A stretch of DNA of 10,537 bases from Promethearchaeota archaeon (GTDB lineage: Archaea > Asgardarchaeota > Lokiarchaeia > Sigyniarchaeales > SOKP01): positions 1-10,537 of the forward strand of contig JBHLMQ010000080.1 in assembly GCA_048938005.1 (NCBI GenBank), given 5' to 3'. The position numbers and the translations under genes were made by a program. Shown in pieces: positions 7,211-10,537 of this stretch. How positions within the stretch are numbered: the stretch's first letter is position 1; the number at the start of each line of letters is the position of its first letter. Under the pieces are notes generated by a model. That model was not told the DNA's origin and searched no databases. It was given only the letters and a program-made list of their open reading frames with translations.

Positions 7211-8557
7211 ATGGAAGAAGTTAAAAAGAAACCTAAATTAAAACGTAGAGTTTCCTTATTTGCACTTACAATATATGGAGTTGGAAATATATTAGGTGCG
7301 GGTATCTATGGGTTAATAGGTACGGTCGTAGGTAAAACAGGAAATCTCTCGTGGCTTGCTTTCGTTCTAGCCTCTATAACTGGGGCTTTTACAGGATTAT
7401 CATATGCCGAACTGTCTGCTATGTATCCTAAAAGTGCTGCTGAGTTCGTTTATACAGAAGAAGCATTTAAGAAACGGAATTTATCGTTTATTTTAGGATG
7501 GATAATTATTTTTTCGGGAATTTTATCTGCGGCTACTGTTGCTCTAACTTTTGGAGGTTATCTGGCTGATTTACTTAATGTACCTTCAATATTTGTAATC
7601 ATAAGCTATGCCATTATACTTGTTATAGCCCTCAGTATTATAAATTCAATTGGTATCAAGACATCCACTAGAACTAATATCATATTTACATTAATTGAAG
7701 CATCAGGTTTAATCATAATTATAATAATTGGTTTCTTTGGAAAACAAGCACCAAATTATTTCATACTTCCATCAGATCCTGATCTCCTCTCATCATTTGC
7801 GATAATATTTTCTGCTGTTTCATTAGTATTTTTCGCTTATATAGGATTTGAAGATATAGCCAATATTGCTGAAGAAGTCAAAGAACCTCATAAAAACTTA
7901 CCTAGAGCGATAATTTATTCTATCATTATTACGACTATTCTCTACTGCTTTACTGCCATTGCAGTAGTAAATGTACTACATTATAGTCAAATTGGAGCCT
8001 CTGATGCTCCTTTAAATGCAGTCGCTACTGAAATCTTAGGACCAATTGGTGGTATAATTATGTCGTTCATAGCATTATTTGCTACAGCAAATACAGTACT
8101 TATAATGTTAATCGTAACTTCTCGTATGATGTATGGTATGGCAAGAGATAAAGCACTACCAGAAAAATTAGGCGAAATCTCACCACAATTTAGAACCCCA
8201 ACAACTTCGGTAGTTCTAACCATGTGCTTTACAATTGTTCCAATCTTTTTTGGAGACATCTCAATAGTTGCACATGCTACTGTATTTGGAGTGCTTATAA
8301 ACTTTTTCTTAGTAAATATAAGTTTGATTGCTTTAAGGAAAACTAAACCGAATTTAGCAAGGCCCTTTAAAATAAAACCAAGTTTTAAGGGAATTCCTAT
8401 AATTGCGTTATTAGGATCAATCATTTGTATCGGCTTATTATTTACATTTGATTGGCTAACTATAGTTATCCAAGCAATTATAATAATCTGTGGAATTGGC
8501 GTTTTCTACGGGATGAAATCAAAAATAGAAACAAAAACACTCAAAAAAGAAACTTAA
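7211..8557 (+). CDS. APC-superfamily amino acid permease (probable start ATG 7211, 448 aa; the ORF track extends to TTG 7169)
   Basis: 'LKRRVSLF..TIYGVGNILGAGIY' (TM1 GAG motif), 'SYAELSAMYPKSA', 'FFAYIGFE.IA..AEEVKEP.KNLPRAI', 'SRM.YGMARD..LP', 'TP', 'LR...P...RPFK'. About 12 TM segments. Confidence 0.93.
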   Translation: MEEVKKKPKLKRRVSLFALTIYGVGNILGAGIYGLIGTVVGKTGNLSWLAFVLASITGAFTGLSYAELSAMYPKSAAEFVYTEEAFKKRNLSFILGWIIIFSGILSAATVALTFGGYLADLLNVPSIFVIISYAIILVIALSIINSIGIKTSTRTNIIFTLIEASGLIIIIIIGFFGKQAPNYFILPSDPDLLSSFAIIFSAVSLVFFAYIGFEDIANIAEEVKEPHKNLPRAIIYSIIITTILYCFTAIAVVNVLHYSQIGASDAPLNAVATEILGPIGGIIMSFIALFATANTVLIMLIVTSRMMYGMARDKALPEKLGEISPQFRTPTTSVVLTMCFTIVPIFFGDISIVAHATVFGVLINFFLVNISLIALRKTKPNLARPFKIKPSFKGIPIIALLGSIICIGLLFTFDWLTIVIQAIIIICGIGVFYGMKSKIETKTLKKET

Positions 8558-8564
8558 ACTATAT

Positions 8565-9305
8565 TTATAACTCTTCAATACTACTATATCCTACAACGTC
8601 ATCTCTTAAAAAAAGTTTAAATGGAAGTTCAATTTCATTGTAGGGTTTTAAAAGTGTAAGCAAAACGTCATGTTCAGGTTTTGAAAATATTTTTTTAAAC
8701 TCTTCACCAATCCCTTCAAAATATTGGTATTGCTGAAGCACGAAATTTCCGTTAAATCTTACACTTCTGAGAAATTTTATAATTTCATCAATATCATTTG
8801 AATTTAATAATTTTCCTACATATGTAGTACGTATCTCAAAATCTATTTCTTTTTGACTGTTTAAAAAATCTACAGTTTCTACTATTTTAGTAAAATCTCC
8901 TTTAACACCTGTAATTCTCTTGAGTTTTTCTGGGTTAGGTGGGCTTTTTAAATCTAAAGCTACTCTATGAATAAATGGTGCGATTGCTTTTATCACTTCT
9001 GGATTTGAACCATTGGTATCTATACTTAAATATTTATCAGTTTTTTGAATTTCTTTACATAATTCTAGTAAATCGCTTTGGAGTGTGGGCTCACCCCCCG
9101 TAATGCTTACACCACTCACTAATAAATTAGTTTTTATGTTATCAATTAATTCTGTAATTTCATATTCTCTTCCAACATTAGGTTGTAAAAGATATTTATT
9201 ATGACAAAATTCACATTTGAAATTACAACCTACAGTAAAGATGACCATGCATGACTTATATGGGATATCCTTCGTCGAAATGTCAACTATTCCACCAACT
9301 CTCAT
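8565..9305 (-). CDS. nrdG: Radical SAM glycyl-radical activating enzyme, NrdG2-like (anaerobic ribonucleoside-triphosphate reductase activase family), 246 aa
   Basis: N-terminal 'GG..D.S..D.P.....VIFT.GCNFKCEFCHN' (Cys27/31/34, CxxxCxxC), SITGGEPTLQ, IDTNGS, ALDLK, FEIRTT, VLQQY, which is the NrdG2 pattern. No ferredoxin-like 2x[4Fe-4S] insert. The symbol reflects family resemblance only; no nrdD is present in the window. Confidence 0.85.
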   Translation of the reverse strand: MRVGGIVDISTKDIPYKSCMVIFTVGCNFKCEFCHNKYLLQPNVGREYEITELIDNIKTNLLVSGVSITGGEPTLQSDLLELCKEIQKTDKYLSIDTNGSNPEVIKAIAPFIHRVALDLKSPPNPEKLKRITGVKGDFTKIVETVDFLNSQKEIDFEIRTTYVGKLLNSNDIDEIIKFLRSVRFNGNFVLQQYQYFEGIGEEFKKIFSKPEHDVLLTLLKPYNEIELPFKLFLRDDVVGYSSIEEL

Positions 9306-9306
9306 T

Positions 9307-10212
9307 TTAGAATGAATATTCTCTTTTAATTAAACTTTCAACTTGATCTAATGGTAAATTAAATGGTTCTGGAGATTCCATTTTAAGAGATGTAAGAGCC
9401 GCTGCAAATTTTAATGATTCTTCTGGATTTTTTGAAATTCGAGCGCCTAAATAACTAATAAAAGCAGTATCACCCCTACCAGTTCTCCCAATTGAATTTT
9501 TGTTTTTCCAAGGAAAATGAAATGAATTGTTCGAATTATAAACAGAAATTCCTTTTTCATGAGTAATAAGGATTTCATTTGGTCCAAATTCAATTAATTC
9601 TTCAGCAGCACGATCCACAGTCTGATGATCTGTCAAAATCTTAGCTTCAATCTGATCTAATTTCAAGACATCTATATTTGAAAGAATTTTTCCTTTTTCA
9701 TTAAAAGATAATGAAGAATAAAAGACTTTCTGATTATCTCTGAATCTCGTAAATCCTTGGATATCAAGACATACGTTATTAAACCTCTTTTTTATGAACT
9801 TAAGTAATTCTAAATCAATTTCTCCCGCAACTATAGGACCAAGAACAAAAAATTTCGGGGGTGGTTTAAAATCTGGAATTTCATCTTTCCTAAATAATCC
9901 CGCAAATCCAAGAAGCTCATAATCTCTAAACTCCATGTTTTTGGAAGAATAAATATTTCTTAAGCCTGATGTTTCCTCAGAAGTATGAGCATAATAAGTT
10001 ATTCCATTTTTTTTGAATATGCTCAGTAGAGGGAAATCCTCTTCTTTTAATCTTGTTATTACTGTAATTTTTAATCCCATATGACTTCCAGCAATTGCAC
10101 CATAAAATACTGCACCACCTAAAGAAGTGTAACGTTTGCCATCTACTTCAATTATATCTTTAGCTAAGTGACCAAGAATTACAATGTCTGAACCGTTTGA
10201 TTCAATATCCAT
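9307..10212 (-). CDS. PfkB/ribokinase-family kinase, TM0415-like (predicted pyrophosphate-dependent, probably myo-inositol/cyclitol kinase), 301 aa
   Basis: 'ILGH.AKD', 'LGGAV.YGA', 'LDIQGF.R', 'LKLD..EA..LT', 'EILITH..G', anion-hole GRTGRGDT in place of the usual DTTGAGD, and 'FAAALTSLKM'. Its stop is 1 bp from the activase ATG (TAA-A-ATG). Confidence 0.88.
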   Translation of the reverse strand: MDIESNGSDIVILGHLAKDIIEVDGKRYTSLGGAVFYGAIAGSHMGLKITVITRLKEEDFPLLSIFKKNGITYYAHTSEETSGLRNIYSSKNMEFRDYELLGFAGLFRKDEIPDFKPPPKFFVLGPIVAGEIDLELLKFIKKRFNNVCLDIQGFTRFRDNQKVFYSSLSFNEKGKILSNIDVLKLDQIEAKILTDHQTVDRAAEELIEFGPNEILITHEKGISVYNSNNSFHFPWKNKNSIGRTGRGDTAFISYLGARISKNPEESLKFAAALTSLKMESPEPFNLPLDQVESLIKREYSF

Positions 10213-10262
10213 AGATATAATTGTAATAAGAATAAAGAATTAAGAAATTATCGGTTTGAATT

Positions 10263-10283
10263 GTCAAAAAAAATAAAAAATAA
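10263..10283 (-). terminator. Possible oligo(T) terminator downstream of the small ORF
   Basis: The minus strand reads CTTATTTTTTATTTTTTTTGA (T6 and T8 tracts) about 35-55 nt after the stop of the 10317-10490 ORF. Confidence 0.3.
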
Positions 10284-10316
10284 GATAATTATGAACAAGC
10301 TCAGGTAAGTTTAGAT

Positions 10317-10490
10317 TTATGATATATTATCAATTTTCCCATTTTTTTTTATACCATCAATAAAGGTTTCTATTATTCTCTCTTTTATTTTGGAATATTC
10401 TAGATTTGGGATTTTATTGACTTTCCTATCACTTTTTTCAATACTTTTTATTATATCTAAACTTATGTTTGCATTACGTTTTTGTAACAT
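10317..10490 (-). CDS. Putative small Lys/Ile-rich hypothetical protein, 57 aa (not in the ORF track)
   Basis: Manual translation ATG(10490)..TAA(10317) gives MLQKRNANISLDIIKSIEKSDRKVNKIPNLEYSKIKERIIETFIDGIKKNGKIDNIS. It fills most of an otherwise empty, very AT-rich stretch and has the A-rich coding-strand bias. No recognisable motif. Confidence 0.4.
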   Translation of the reverse strand: MLQKRNANISLDIIKSIEKSDRKVNKIPNLEYSKIKERIIETFIDGIKKNGKIDNIS

Positions 10491-10537
10491 TTTTTACTCT
10501 TTTTATGTTTCCTCCAAATTTTTTTTAATTTTAATTT

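Noticed and set aside
7987-8643. ORFs 7987..8424 (-) and 8452..8643 (+)
   Set aside because: They overlap the permease and activase; long antisense frames are common opposite hydrophobic membrane-protein genes.
1-10537. CRISPR arrays, tRNA/rRNA, IS elements, riboswitches
   Set aside because: No regularly spaced repeats, GC-rich structured segments, transposase/integrase ORFs or terminal inverted repeats were seen; intergenic gaps are short and AT-rich.

Overview
Gene-dense, AT-rich prokaryotic window, roughly 30% GC by eye. Composition and the AN1-zinc-finger/HEAT gene suggest an anaerobic archaeon, possibly Asgard/Lokiarchaeia (inference, not proven). In order it holds: a 5'-truncated DHA3/MefA-like MFS transporter (+); an AN1 zinc finger-HEAT-like protein (-); an 801-aa glycyl radical enzyme (GRE) with a GCVEP Cys loop and an atypical KVGGY glycyl loop (-); then, divergently, three tandem crotonase-fold paralogs that all lack both canonical catalytic glutamates (+) and an APC amino acid permease (+). 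Converging on these is a two-gene unit (-) with a 1-bp gap: a PfkB/ribokinase-family kinase carrying the pyrophosphate-dependence signature of Thermotoga TM0415 (RTGRGD) and an NrdG2/PFL-AE-type radical SAM glycyl-radical activase. A possible 57-aa ORF lies at the right end. No RNA genes, CRISPR arrays or mobile elements were seen. The best candidate for an undescribed system is an unassigned-substrate GRE with a nearby activase coupled to a PPi-dependent cyclitol/sugar kinase, enclosing a crotonase triplet and a permease.
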